Positions 38,977-48,357 of a stretch of DNA of 64,000 bases are shown piece after piece. Origin of the DNA: an uncultured delta proteobacterium. GTDB lineage: Bacteria > Desulfobacterota > Desulfobacteria > Desulfobacterales > JAHEIW01. A program made the position numbers and the translations under genes. Position 1 is the first letter of the stretch; each line of letters begins with the position of its first letter. The notes under the pieces are model-generated. The model was not told where the DNA came from and did no database searches. It saw nothing but the letters and a program-made list of their open reading frames with translations. The stretch spans positions 256,001 to 320,000 of the forward strand of contig CAVPNL010000006.1 of NCBI GenBank assembly GCA_963706575.1. Direction: 5' to 3'.

Positions 38977-40359
38977 TTAATGACCGGAATAGGCATCCTT
39001 CAAAACCTCGATCGGGTGAATGACCTTGTGAGGCGTAAGTTGGGTAAACTGCAGGCGGCAGCTCAGACAATCGGTCACGATATTATCAGGGCTGAGCGCT
39101 TTTATTTTGTGCATCAATCTGCCCCCCAGTTGAATCGACGCGTGGTGAAATTCTCTTTTAAACCCCATAATACCGGCCATGCCACAGCAAAAAAGGTTTC
39201 CATTGATGAGCTCCAGGGTGATGCCGGGGATTATTTTCAGCAGGTCCAGATACGGCCGCCCGATATTCTGCTCTCTTAAGTGGCAGGGAGGGTAATAGAC
39301 CATATGGCTAGATACCGGGCCGAATGTTGTCTGGAGTTCGCCTGATTTTTGAAGACCGGCTAAATAATCACCCAGATCATATGTATTTTCCGCCACCTGA
39401 ATGCGCTTAAGGGGACTCAAAGTTGAAAAATACCCTTCGTCTTTGAGAATCTTTTCGTACATAGCCTTTTTGACGTGTTCAAACTCCCGGTTCACCGGAT
39501 TATTCGATGCTTTTTCTTTCGGGAGTTTGAAATAAGCCTCATCCGCACCCACGGACTCCTGATATTCAGAGGAATAATAAGCGCCTTCCTTTAAGATATT
39601 TCTTAACATAAACCCGCAGGTCGGACAGGAGCAGACGATGTCATAGCCGCTCTCCACCGCCTCGGCCAGGCGATCCAGATTGAAACGCACAAATTCCATT
39701 GTCAATTTTCGGTCGCCCTCCAGCAGGCTTGGCATGCCGCAGCACTTTTGTTCCGGATAGTAGACCTCGATACCATTGTGTTGAAAAACTTCAACCGCGG
39801 CCTTTGGTACATCCGGGAACAGATAATTTGCCGTGCAACCTGAAAAATAGGCTATTTTTCGATTGGGCTGCTTCTGGGGTTGAGTATTTAAGCTGTTCTT
39901 TTTAGCCCACTGGGGAAAATTTTCTTGCGGAAATACTGGAATCCGGCGCTCCGGGTGAATTCCCGTGGCCGATTTAAAGAGTTCGCCGGTGAGCTTATGC
40001 TTGAAAAGAAAATTGGTCATCCGGGGAAACATGCCGCACAGCTTTCCGACGCGTTCAACATCCTCCAGGGTGCGCACGCCGAATTTTAGCCCATCTCTTT
40101 CGATGAATTGCGTTTTGGCCTTGATGATGTCTGCGCGGATATTCGGACACGGGCACAGCGCGCAGAAGTTGCACAGATCAACCAGTTTTCGAAGCTCATC
40201 AGAGCTAATCTTTTTACCCGTTTCGATCTCCTTATCATACAATCTGTATAACTCCGGAAACATGAGACAGTCTGAATCCATCAGGAATCGACAGACATCG
40301 CAATCCGAACAGGCGTCCACCACCATTCTTGCAGTGTTTTCAGGCTCATTATTTTCCAT
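38977..40359 (-). CDS. GlpC/HdrD-like Fe-S protein with two CCG domains
   Basis: CSDCDVC, CNFCALC, YFSGC, CCG x2, SCPTC, TDCLSC. Confidence 0.85.
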   Translation of the reverse strand: MENNEPENTARMVVDACSDCDVCRFLMDSDCLMFPELYRLYDKEIETGKKISSDELRKLVDLCNFCALCPCPNIRADIIKAKTQFIERDGLKFGVRTLEDVERVGKLCGMFPRMTNFLFKHKLTGELFKSATGIHPERRIPVFPQENFPQWAKKNSLNTQPQKQPNRKIAYFSGCTANYLFPDVPKAAVEVFQHNGIEVYYPEQKCCGMPSLLEGDRKLTMEFVRFNLDRLAEAVESGYDIVCSCPTCGFMLRNILKEGAYYSSEYQESVGADEAYFKLPKEKASNNPVNREFEHVKKAMYEKILKDEGYFSTLSPLKRIQVAENTYDLGDYLAGLQKSGELQTTFGPVSSHMVYYPPCHLREQNIGRPYLDLLKIIPGITLELINGNLFCCGMAGIMGFKREFHHASIQLGGRLMHKIKALSPDNIVTDCLSCRLQFTQLTPHKVIHPIEVLKDAYSGH

Positions 40360-40402
40360 TTACGGATTCGGTTTTCTCCCAGCTTTCATCATCAATGTAG
40401 CG

Positions 40403-41155
40403 CTAAATATTTAATGCTAAATAAGACTTGCGGCTAAACCTGTGAAGCACCGGAGTGCCCATACCGTGCCGGATGGCCTTTAGCAGTCTTCTCTCTTTCA
40501 GGGGGACCGTACCGGCGAGCATGTGCACGGGGAGGTGATCAAAGGCCCTGGCAACCATCGGTGTACTGGGACCCAGCATCAAGGTTTTTACTTTACCATG
40601 AACGTTTGCCAGTATTTCTTCGGTGCTGTTATTCAAAATCGAGGTCGATGTCAGAAACAGCACATCCGCCCGGCTTTTCAGGTTTTTATAAAAATCCGCC
40701 TTCCGGCCGAGCCCGCGGGATTGATCGAGGATATCGAGAACAGCTTCTCTTTGTTCAAAACGCTTGATCAAAGGGCCAAAGTAGCCAACCATCGCAACGT
40801 TTGTTCCCTTTGTGATTTTAAACTGTTCGAACATGATTTCGTTATTTTCATCTTCCGGTAACTGCAGCGCATGTTGATAGTTCAGCGCATTGACAAGGGC
40901 CAGCGCCATGCTTCTTTCAATCGGTTGGTCGCTTTTTATTTTTTCCAGTAGCGCAACTGCCGGCCGGTCTTCGTAATCAGTGGCTTCGTTTAACAGCATA
41001 CAGGATTTTTTATCTTCAAAATAGGTATAGGCGATCCCGATACCGCCGTCAGAAGTGGCCACAGCAGTATACCCCAGGCCGAGGCACAACAGTTCCACCC
41101 GTATTTTTTCAGCGTTATCCCTAAATAAGTTGAATAATTTGTCGTTGATGATCAT
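40403..41155 (-). CDS. DUF364 / Rossmann-like domain protein
   Basis: GLGYTAV, VAMVGYFGP, TSTSILNNS, LGPSTP. Confidence 0.75.
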   Translation of the reverse strand: MIINDKLFNLFRDNAEKIRVELLCLGLGYTAVATSDGGIGIAYTYFEDKKSCMLLNEATDYEDRPAVALLEKIKSDQPIERSMALALVNALNYQHALQLPEDENNEIMFEQFKITKGTNVAMVGYFGPLIKRFEQREAVLDILDQSRGLGRKADFYKNLKSRADVLFLTSTSILNNSTEEILANVHGKVKTLMLGPSTPMVARAFDHLPVHMLAGTVPLKERRLLKAIRHGMGTPVLHRFSRKSYLALNI

Positions 41156-41195
41156 GGCTTTACCTTTATTAACTCCGGTGTCAGGGTGTTTTATC

Positions 41196-41269
41196 GTCAT
41201 GCCCGCGCTAGGCGGGCATCCCGCTTCTGCCGCAAAACATTTCTGGATTCCCGCCTTTGCGGGAATGAC
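41196..41269. repeat. GTCAT-type REP doublet
   Basis: GTCATGCCCGCG...CTGGATTCCCGCCTTTGCGGGAATGAC. Confidence 0.8.
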
Positions 41270-41303
41270 ACATGTGGAATGAAAAAACTTCCCGACCCCT
41301 CAA

Positions 41304-41786
41304 TTAACGGCTTTTGCTGAAATTCGGTATCCACTTGCCCGTCTTTTTCTTATATGCAATGTAGTTCAGTCCCCATTTTGCTTTCAGCAGTTTTTCCTCG
41401 TAGCCGGCGATATAATTATAGAATAGTGCAATTAGCACCAGCAGAGTAAGGCAAAACAGAGACGCTGTAGAAACCGTCATGCCGAAGTAAATTAAAATAC
41501 TGCCCAAATATAATGGGTGCCTGACGTATCGGAATGCTCCGGTAGATACAACTTCGTTAGCACGTTGATCTCCGCTGATAACCACATGACCGGACTTGAA
41601 AAGGTAAAAAGCGGCAGCCAATGCAGCCCCCAGGATAATTAAACGAATTACCAGCGGGATGCTATCCGCCAAAAATGTGGAGCGGTGCAGGATAAATGAA
41701 TCCAGGATCCATATAACAAGAAACAAACCGAACAGAATCAGCTGCCCTGCGTCTCCCAGGGGATGTTCACCGTTTTTTTCTCGCAT
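41304..41786 (-). CDS. Isoprenylcysteine carboxyl methyltransferase/PEMT-family membrane protein
   Basis: TGAFRYVRHPLY, EEKLL, YIAYKKKTGKWIP; start inferred. Confidence 0.8.
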   Translation of the reverse strand: MREKNGEHPLGDAGQLILFGLFLVIWILDSFILHRSTFLADSIPLVIRLIILGAALAAAFYLFKSGHVVISGDQRANEVVSTGAFRYVRHPLYLGSILIYFGMTVSTASLFCLTLLVLIALFYNYIAGYEEKLLKAKWGLNYIAYKKKTGKWIPNFSKSR

Positions 41787-41796
41787 CTTTCCTTTC

Positions 41797-42273
41797 TCAT
41801 GGCGTCCTTGTTTTGTAAATATCATCCATATGAATATGAACATGTTCGTAAGTCCAGCGAATAAAGCGTTCCAGCTTGCCGTGCCCATGAAACGCATGCC
41901 GCCCTTCACGGTCAAAGTCAGCATCCGACATCGTGCTAACGATTGAGATCGTATCTTCGCGGACCGATTTAAATTGCGCGATGAGTTCATCAATGTTCAA
42001 TCCGTCCAACTTTTTGGGTTGGGACCGGTTATAACGCTCAATATCAAAATCTTCCGGTGAGCCGAGACCACCGGCTAAGATATCGCGGAACAACCACTGC
42101 ATCGCGCGTTCGATGGTGACAAAATGGGCCAACACCTGTTGAACCTTCCATTTAGCCCCATCCTGATAGACCTGAATGCCAAGCTCATCCGGTGATAAAG
42201 ATCGGAAAAATGCAATGGAATCTTCCAGATTTTTTTCGAGCTCAGCCATGATATGTGTGCGTCGGTCTTTCAT
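41797..42273 (-). CDS. DinB-superfamily protein
   Basis: WKVQQVLAHF, YEHVHIH. Confidence 0.75.
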   Translation of the reverse strand: MKDRRTHIMAELEKNLEDSIAFFRSLSPDELGIQVYQDGAKWKVQQVLAHFVTIERAMQWLFRDILAGGLGSPEDFDIERYNRSQPKKLDGLNIDELIAQFKSVREDTISIVSTMSDADFDREGRHAFHGHGKLERFIRWTYEHVHIHMDDIYKTRTP

Positions 42274-42341
42274 CAAACTGCTCCTTTTATCAGACGATAG
42301 GTTTTATTACTGCCTTCCTGCCGAGGTGTCACCGAAAAAAA

Positions 42342-43112
42342 CTACGGCGAAGGATCCATGACCATATTGGCATCCTGCAACGCATTATTGGCTGCCTGAT
42401 CAACGTATGCCTGGATTCTGGGGCGTATCTTAGCGAGTTCGGTTTGTGGAATATTTTTTATGTTCGCCGGCCAATTAAAGTTGTCCATTCTTGCCCTGGT
42501 CAGGCTCGGGCGACCGGCGCCGATTCTGGCAACCGGCCGCGTCTGGAAAACGACAACACGGATCTGGGCGTATGGATGCACCCAGCTATTTCTGATGCCG
42601 ACCACCCCGAGCACGGTCCGCCTCGTAAAAAGGCCATAACCCTCAAGCACAATCGAATCATCATGTATTTTCCAGGGGCTTTCGCCTTTGAAGCTCTGCA
42701 CCATTATGATGACATCCAGATCATGGCTTTTCGCCTCGCTTTCAATAAAATCGACCAGATCCTGTGAAATACTTCTGCGGGTTGCGGCAGCACCGATTTG
42801 ATCCGAAAGCTGCTTCAGGCGGGATTGGACCTGCGGAGACCGAATGGGAACAACCACAAAGCGCTTATCCTTTTGTAAAGAATCCGCCAACTGGGTGTCC
42901 ACATAGGCCGGCATATCCCAATCCACCTTAATTTGTCTGGTAAAACTATTTATTCGGTCTATGGTTATATGGCGATGGGTCAGGTATGATTCCAGGCTGT
43001 TCATGATGCCGACCCGGGTGCCGTCTTGAAAGGTGGGTTTCGGCCCGGGATCCGTCGCACAATTGAAACACACAAATGCCGCAATCAGAATTACGATTAA
43101 GGACCGAATCAC
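42342..43112 (-). CDS. Hypothetical lipoprotein
   Basis: RBS AAGGAGG before GTG 43112; hydrophobic signal ending FNC. Confidence 0.6.
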   Translation of the reverse strand: MIRSLIVILIAAFVCFNCATDPGPKPTFQDGTRVGIMNSLESYLTHRHITIDRINSFTRQIKVDWDMPAYVDTQLADSLQKDKRFVVVPIRSPQVQSRLKQLSDQIGAAATRRSISQDLVDFIESEAKSHDLDVIIMVQSFKGESPWKIHDDSIVLEGYGLFTRRTVLGVVGIRNSWVHPYAQIRVVVFQTRPVARIGAGRPSLTRARMDNFNWPANIKNIPQTELAKIRPRIQAYVDQAANNALQDANMVMDPSP

Positions 43113-43199
43113 GCATCCTCCTTTACCCATTCCATGGACCCATGTCTCCTGTTCTGCCTGGTTATTGATGGAAAAGGCTATCACCGGATTGCCGAACAT

Positions 43200-44426
43200 C
43201 TAACGGTAATTAAAATCCGGATTTAAAAGCTGAATTTCAATGATTTCGCCGGCGATCCATTCTTCCCAGCCCTCAGGAATGATAATCAGGGCGTCCTTGC
43301 GAGCCATGGAAATGAGTCGGCTTTTTAGTTTAGCAGGTTTGACGATGAGCTGATGTTTTTCTTTTTCAAGGCGAGCGTGAATAAACTGGGTCCAGTCCTT
43401 ATGGCCGCGGACGGTTTCAGTCAATTGCGCGCGGGTCACTGGAAAAGAAAAGTTGGTTTCGCCTTTCATCTTCATGATTGCCGGAAGTGCCAGCTGCAAA
43501 AAAGCCATCTCGTTGGATGGTGGCCCACCCGGTAAAATGAAAAACGGCTTTTGTTCTAAAAGGCCGAAACCCACCGGTTTTCCGGGGCCCATTCTGACCC
43601 GGCGATAAATTCCCTGCCAATTCAGTTTTGCGACCACATCTAAAATCAGATCGCGTTCACTGCCCCAGGCCCCGCCGCAGGTCACAAAGGCATCCGCTTC
43701 GGAAAGCTGGGCCGTGATGGTGTTTTCAATTTCCTGCCGGCTGTCACCGACAAGCACGGCGGAATACGGAAGGCCGTAAAATGCTAACCAGGAACAAATC
43801 TCGATCATATTGCTAGCATACAGTTTTCCTTCGGTCAACGGTTTTCCGGGCGCCACTACTTCATCACCGCAGGCAATGACAGCCACTTTCGGCACTTTAT
43901 GAACTGCGGCGCTATGCAGGCCGGCTGAGGCGATCAGCCCGATAAGTGCAGGAGACAGTTTTTCGCCTTTTTCGGCAACCGTTTCTGCCCGACGGATGTC
44001 GCTTGCGCGTTCCAGAATATTGCGGCCTTCTTCAGCGATATGGTGTGCAATAATCGCATCAGCGGACGGCTGGCAGAATTCTTCAGACAGGACGGCATTG
44101 GCACCTTCGGGTAAGGCAGCACCGGTGGTGACGCGAACCACCTGCCCAGGGGCAATTTGCAGAGCGGTCACATCACCGGCCGTAAGCTTCCCCACCACTT
44201 TCAATTTTACGGGATTTTCTTCTGTGGCGCCGGCCAGATCCGATGAAATCACGGCATACCCGTCTTTGCGGGACGAGGTGCTGGATGGAGCGTCAACTCT
44301 GGCGACAATATTTTCGGCAAGTATTTTACCGGTCAGTTGATCGAGGGCAAGTATTTCGGTTTCGCCGGCAGCGACATTGGCCAGTGTCAGTTCAAGCGCT
44401 TCTTCAAAACTAATGAATGTTTTCAT
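43200..44426 (-). CDS. moeA: Molybdopterin molybdotransferase MoeA
   Basis: SRKDGYA, TTGAALPEGANAV, GDEV, RMGPGKP, LPGGP. Confidence 0.88.
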   Translation of the reverse strand: MKTFISFEEALELTLANVAAGETEILALDQLTGKILAENIVARVDAPSSTSSRKDGYAVISSDLAGATEENPVKLKVVGKLTAGDVTALQIAPGQVVRVTTGAALPEGANAVLSEEFCQPSADAIIAHHIAEEGRNILERASDIRRAETVAEKGEKLSPALIGLIASAGLHSAAVHKVPKVAVIACGDEVVAPGKPLTEGKLYASNMIEICSWLAFYGLPYSAVLVGDSRQEIENTITAQLSEADAFVTCGGAWGSERDLILDVVAKLNWQGIYRRVRMGPGKPVGFGLLEQKPFFILPGGPPSNEMAFLQLALPAIMKMKGETNFSFPVTRAQLTETVRGHKDWTQFIHARLEKEKHQLIVKPAKLKSRLISMARKDALIIIPEGWEEWIAGEIIEIQLLNPDFNYR

Positions 44427-44501
44427 ATCGTCGGTTTATGGTTGCAACTTTGTTGGATTTAGTTAACTGGGAATTTAATATATGTAAAGGTTCCGTTTTG
44501 C

Positions 44502-44608
44502 AAGGGTTCAGGGTTCTGGGTTCAGACGTAGGGCGGGCCTCTGCGCCCGCCGTTCAGAGGTCGGCACGGAGGCCGACCCTACTTTCTAACCGCTGAACCT
44601 GAAACCCA
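44502..44608. repeat. GTAG-type REP doublet (44528-44582) nested in GGTTCAG/CTGAACC microrepeat arms
   Basis: GTAGGGCGGGCC...GGCCGACCCTAC with 7-bp repeats either side. Confidence 0.7.
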
Positions 44609-44610
44609 CT

Positions 44611-45144
44611 TTATTTGAAGTCCCGATGGCATTGTGCCATCCGATTTTTCAGATCGCGAATTTCATGCTGGACGATTTCGTATTGGTTTTGCTCCACTGC
44701 TTGTTTGAGGGTGCCCAGATGGTCGATATATTCATCCATGGCCGCTTGCCACTCCGGTTCGGCGAATTTGGCCATCTGGCGGGATTGGCTGACGAATTCC
44801 GTCAGTGCATCGGTATCGGGCATTTTGCCGCCGGCAACGCTTTTTTGGATCATTTTAAAATTGCGGGCCAAGCGCTTTTTGACGGCTTTCCAGGAATCCT
44901 TCCAGGCAATAACTTCCTCCCGGGCCGCTTGCTCGTATTGCTCCAGAGTTGACCAGTGCCATTTTATTTTGGTGTCGATGCGGCCCTTTTTTTCTTTATG
45001 GCTGATTTTAGCCTGCAGCTTATCCGGTATCGACCAGCGGTGCTCTGCAGTTTCAAAATTTCCTTGGCGCAGCGCCGCGACCAGCTGTTCCAGATAATCG
45101 GCCAATTCCTGTCTTTGCATTTCTTTTTTGATTTTATTTTTCAT
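44611..45144 (-). CDS. Amphi-Trp + XXXCH domain protein (GAK-system type)
   Basis: RQELADYLEQLVAALRQG...KIKWHW N-domain; C-terminal MAQCHRDFK. Confidence 0.7.
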   Translation of the reverse strand: MKNKIKKEMQRQELADYLEQLVAALRQGNFETAEHRWSIPDKLQAKISHKEKKGRIDTKIKWHWSTLEQYEQAAREEVIAWKDSWKAVKKRLARNFKMIQKSVAGGKMPDTDALTEFVSQSRQMAKFAEPEWQAAMDEYIDHLGTLKQAVEQNQYEIVQHEIRDLKNRMAQCHRDFK

Positions 45145-46952
45145 CCATCCTCCACGATCTTGATGACGACCAGGGTTACATCGTCCTCGGGCTCCTTGGC
45201 CTGCCGGAAACGCGTTAAAGCGGTCAATATTTCCTTCATTATTTCATCGGCGCTCGCGGTGGCCTTATGACGAATAATGTCTTTTAGCGGTTCTTTGCCG
45301 AAAGGGTTGCCGGATATATCGAATGTCTCCCAGATTCCATCTGTTCCCAGAAAAATGATTTGGCCTGCGGTCAGATCGGCGTGTTCGTTTTCTTCATATT
45401 GATAGTTTTCATCCCAGCCCAGCGCCAGGCCGGAACCGTAGAGGTCTTCAAACCCGTCACTGGTCGGGTCATACAGAAGTGCGGCGTCATGACCAGCGCG
45501 CACCCATTTCAGCCGATGGTTTTGCGAATCAACCATCAGGTAAAAGAGGGTGGTAAACCGGCCGGTATCATAGATATCCAGCGTGAGGTTGCGGTTGACG
45601 TCGCTGACGATTTGAGCGAGCGTTCCCGGCTGGGCCGAGCGGCTGCGAATCAGCGCACGGGCCGTCGCCATCAAAAGACCGGCAGCGATACCGTGACCGG
45701 AAACATCGCCGACGACGACATTGAATTTGCCATCCGCCGTTGGCGAAATATTGAGGAAATCATAAAAATCACCGCCGGTCTTGTTGCAATAGATACTTTT
45801 GGCGGCGATGTCGAGACCGCTTATAGCCGGAATTTCTTTGGGAAGCAAATTTTGCTGGACTTCTTCAGCAACTTCCAGGGCACTGAGCATACGGTTGTTG
45901 CCGATGGCCAGATCGATCAGATGCGTAACGGTTCGGGCGGTATTAACGACGGTGTTAATAACGTCAGAATCAAATTTTTTGATGCCGTCTTGCTTGTTAA
46001 AGGCAATGATCGATATATCGCCTTCAGCGTAATTAATGTAGCTGGCGATGGCAAAGCCTAAAAACGCCTTAACGCCTTCATCAAACGGGTGCTTGTTTTC
46101 AAACTCTTCCTGGGGCATGGATGGCGGCTTGGTGGCCGTTGCCACACAGCCGTTAATGTCGCATTCCGCTTTGCGCGATGCCCAGATCGGCGCCGAGGAA
46201 TTTTCAGGGACCTGGACCAGCCTGGATTTTATCAGACCATCGGGTTTGCCCTTAAATGCGTATCCGGAAAGGTGTCCTTCTTTATCTTCTCGGGTGATAA
46301 AAACTCCCTGGTAACCTTCTCCTAATATGAGCAGCGCAAGTCTATCGAATATATCATTGTTAACGGCAAGTTCGTTAATTGAGTTGATAATTTCACGGCT
46401 GAATCGTCGAATTGACGACAAACTGACATCCCTTGCTTTACGTGATGATATTTCATCCAACCATATAAGAATGTGATTGCCTGCTCCGATCTTTGTCTTG
46501 GTCTGATACCATTTGTCGGTAATTTTCGAATAGAATTCCAGGGGCTCCGTCTCCCATTCCGATCTTATTTCTTCGGTGGCTTTTAGAATGGTTTTGGCCT
46601 CGGGATTTCCAAACAAATCATGTATTTTTTTGATATTATTTTTTTCAAAAAGCCTTCTGGTATTGCCTGCAGTCGCGACGATCCGGCCGCCTTTGTCGAT
46701 TACAAATACAGGGTCCTGACGTTCTGCCGGAAGTTGACAAAGGATATCCATGTCCCTGTTTTTAAATTTTATCGAGGCTTTGGCAAAGCCCTGCACAAAG
46801 AGGGGCACGATGTAGGGAACTGCTGAAAAAAAAATGCTGTTGCCCTGGAAGACATTGATGCTGGCACCGATTAAAAAAGCGACCAGATAGGTGATTGGGT
46901 TGATTAATTCTTTGCTAAGAAACTTCAGGAAAACCGCGGTGTTTATTGGCAT
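45141..46952 (-). CDS. Membrane sensor with PP2C/SpoIIE phosphatase domain
   Basis: N-terminal TMs, PAS-like segment; GGDFYD, GDVSGHG, RAGH, TDG, DDVT. Confidence 0.88.
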   Translation of the reverse strand: MPINTAVFLKFLSKELINPITYLVAFLIGASINVFQGNSIFFSAVPYIVPLFVQGFAKASIKFKNRDMDILCQLPAERQDPVFVIDKGGRIVATAGNTRRLFEKNNIKKIHDLFGNPEAKTILKATEEIRSEWETEPLEFYSKITDKWYQTKTKIGAGNHILIWLDEISSRKARDVSLSSIRRFSREIINSINELAVNNDIFDRLALLILGEGYQGVFITREDKEGHLSGYAFKGKPDGLIKSRLVQVPENSSAPIWASRKAECDINGCVATATKPPSMPQEEFENKHPFDEGVKAFLGFAIASYINYAEGDISIIAFNKQDGIKKFDSDVINTVVNTARTVTHLIDLAIGNNRMLSALEVAEEVQQNLLPKEIPAISGLDIAAKSIYCNKTGGDFYDFLNISPTADGKFNVVVGDVSGHGIAAGLLMATARALIRSRSAQPGTLAQIVSDVNRNLTLDIYDTGRFTTLFYLMVDSQNHRLKWVRAGHDAALLYDPTSDGFEDLYGSGLALGWDENYQYEENEHADLTAGQIIFLGTDGIWETFDISGNPFGKEPLKDIIRHKATASADEIMKEILTALTRFRQAKEPEDDVTLVVIKIVEDG

Positions 46953-47082
46953 GTGACGAACCCTCCGGGGGATGACCCATTAGCCGACCGTTCGGCAATG
47001 TCTATGTTTTGCAGATTCGAATCTAAAAGATTCAGGTAAAAATGAAATCCACCTTGAAAGGCGCGATTGGAGAACATCTGTG

Positions 47083-47182
47083 ATGTAGGTGTGTAGGGTG
47101 AAAAAACGTGTGTGCCTGTGTGCCTATGTACCTGTGTACGTGTATACGCGTATGCTCGTGTACTCCTATGCTCGTTTGCGGG
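47083..47182. repeat. Degenerate 8-bp tandem microrepeat (GTGTRCCT-like)
   Basis: GTGTGCCT GTGTGCCT ATGTACCT GTGTACGT GTATACGC GTATGCTC GTGTACTC. Confidence 0.7.
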
Positions 47183-47199
47183 TTTGATTTGGATGCGTT

Positions 47200-47649
47200 T
47201 TATTCGTTGCGGTGTTCCTCGATGCTGATCGGATCGCCGCACCGAATTTTTCCCTCTTTCAGCACCCGTGCAAAAACGCCTTCGCGCGGCATTATGCAAT
47301 CGCCGGCTTTGTAGTAAATGGCGCAGCGATTGTGGCACTCTTTGCCGATCTGGGTAATTTCAACCAGAGCATTCAGCCCCAGCCGGATACGGCTGCCCAC
47401 CGGAATGTTTTTCCAGTCAATGCCGGTGGTGGCGATGTTTTCGGCAAAATCGCCGAAAGTTACCTCAAGGCCTTTTTCACGGGCTTTATCTATTTCTTCA
47501 GAGGCCAGAAAACTGACCTGTCGATGCCATTTGCCGGCATGAGCATCGCCCTCGAGACCATGCTCCTTTTTTAAAAAGGCTTCATTAACCGTTACTTTTT
47601 GGGTTCCCTTTTTCTTGCTGGTTGCGATGGACACGATTTTCATTTTCAT
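47200..47649 (-). CDS. MOSC-domain protein
   Basis: GLEGDAHAG, RQVS, GDFAEN, TQIGKECHNRCAIY, CIMPREG. Confidence 0.88.
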   Translation of the reverse strand: MKMKIVSIATSKKKGTQKVTVNEAFLKKEHGLEGDAHAGKWHRQVSFLASEEIDKAREKGLEVTFGDFAENIATTGIDWKNIPVGSRIRLGLNALVEITQIGKECHNRCAIYYKAGDCIMPREGVFARVLKEGKIRCGDPISIEEHRNE

Positions 47650-47753
47650 TTGCACCTTTTATTATCGGACCTCATAGCGTTTATTATTCAAAAGCGTACC
47701 TATTTAATAATAATCTCGATTTTCTATATTTAAAGACATTTTTGAGATGGATT

Positions 47754-48353
47754 CTAAATATTGCCAATCAAAAAAATGCCATAAGTCGCTCTGACATTGG
47801 GTAAAAATTTGATAATCTTGCCGTAGCGGTCCTGCGAATGGGCATTAATGGCAACTTCTTTTAAAATTTTCAAACCGACATCATGAATAAATTTTCTAAA
47901 ATCCTTGATGGTAATCACCCGAATATTGGGTGTGTTATACCATTGATAGGGCAGCTGTTTGGTGACCGGCGCATATCCGGAGCTCAGCAGCTGCATCCGA
48001 CAGGCCCAATGACTGAAATTCGGAAAACTGACAATACCCTTTTTGCCGATGCGCATTATTGCACGAATAAGTGTATCCGGCTCATAGACCTGCTGCAACG
48101 TCTGGCTCAAAATGACATAATCAAAAGTTTGTTCCGGATAATCGGGGACTTCCTCATTGATGTCTCCCTGCAGAACCGTTAATCCCTTTTCGATGCATGC
48201 GGCGACCTTTTCTTCCTGCAGTTCGATCCCCGAACCGGTCACCTTTTTTTTATTCATTAAATATCGCAGCAGTTCGCCGTTGCCACATCCCAGATCGAGA
48301 ACATGGGATCCCGGGTCTATCCAGCTGGCGATAATCTGAAGATCATAGCGCAT
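47754..48353 (-). CDS. metW: Methionine biosynthesis protein MetW
   Basis: VLDLGCGNGELL, FDYVILSQTLQ, SFPNF, WYNTPNI; follows metX. Confidence 0.9.
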   Translation of the reverse strand: MRYDLQIIASWIDPGSHVLDLGCGNGELLRYLMNKKKVTGSGIELQEEKVAACIEKGLTVLQGDINEEVPDYPEQTFDYVILSQTLQQVYEPDTLIRAIMRIGKKGIVSFPNFSHWACRMQLLSSGYAPVTKQLPYQWYNTPNIRVITIKDFRKFIHDVGLKILKEVAINAHSQDRYGKIIKFLPNVRATYGIFLIGNI

Positions 48354-48357
48354 TCTG

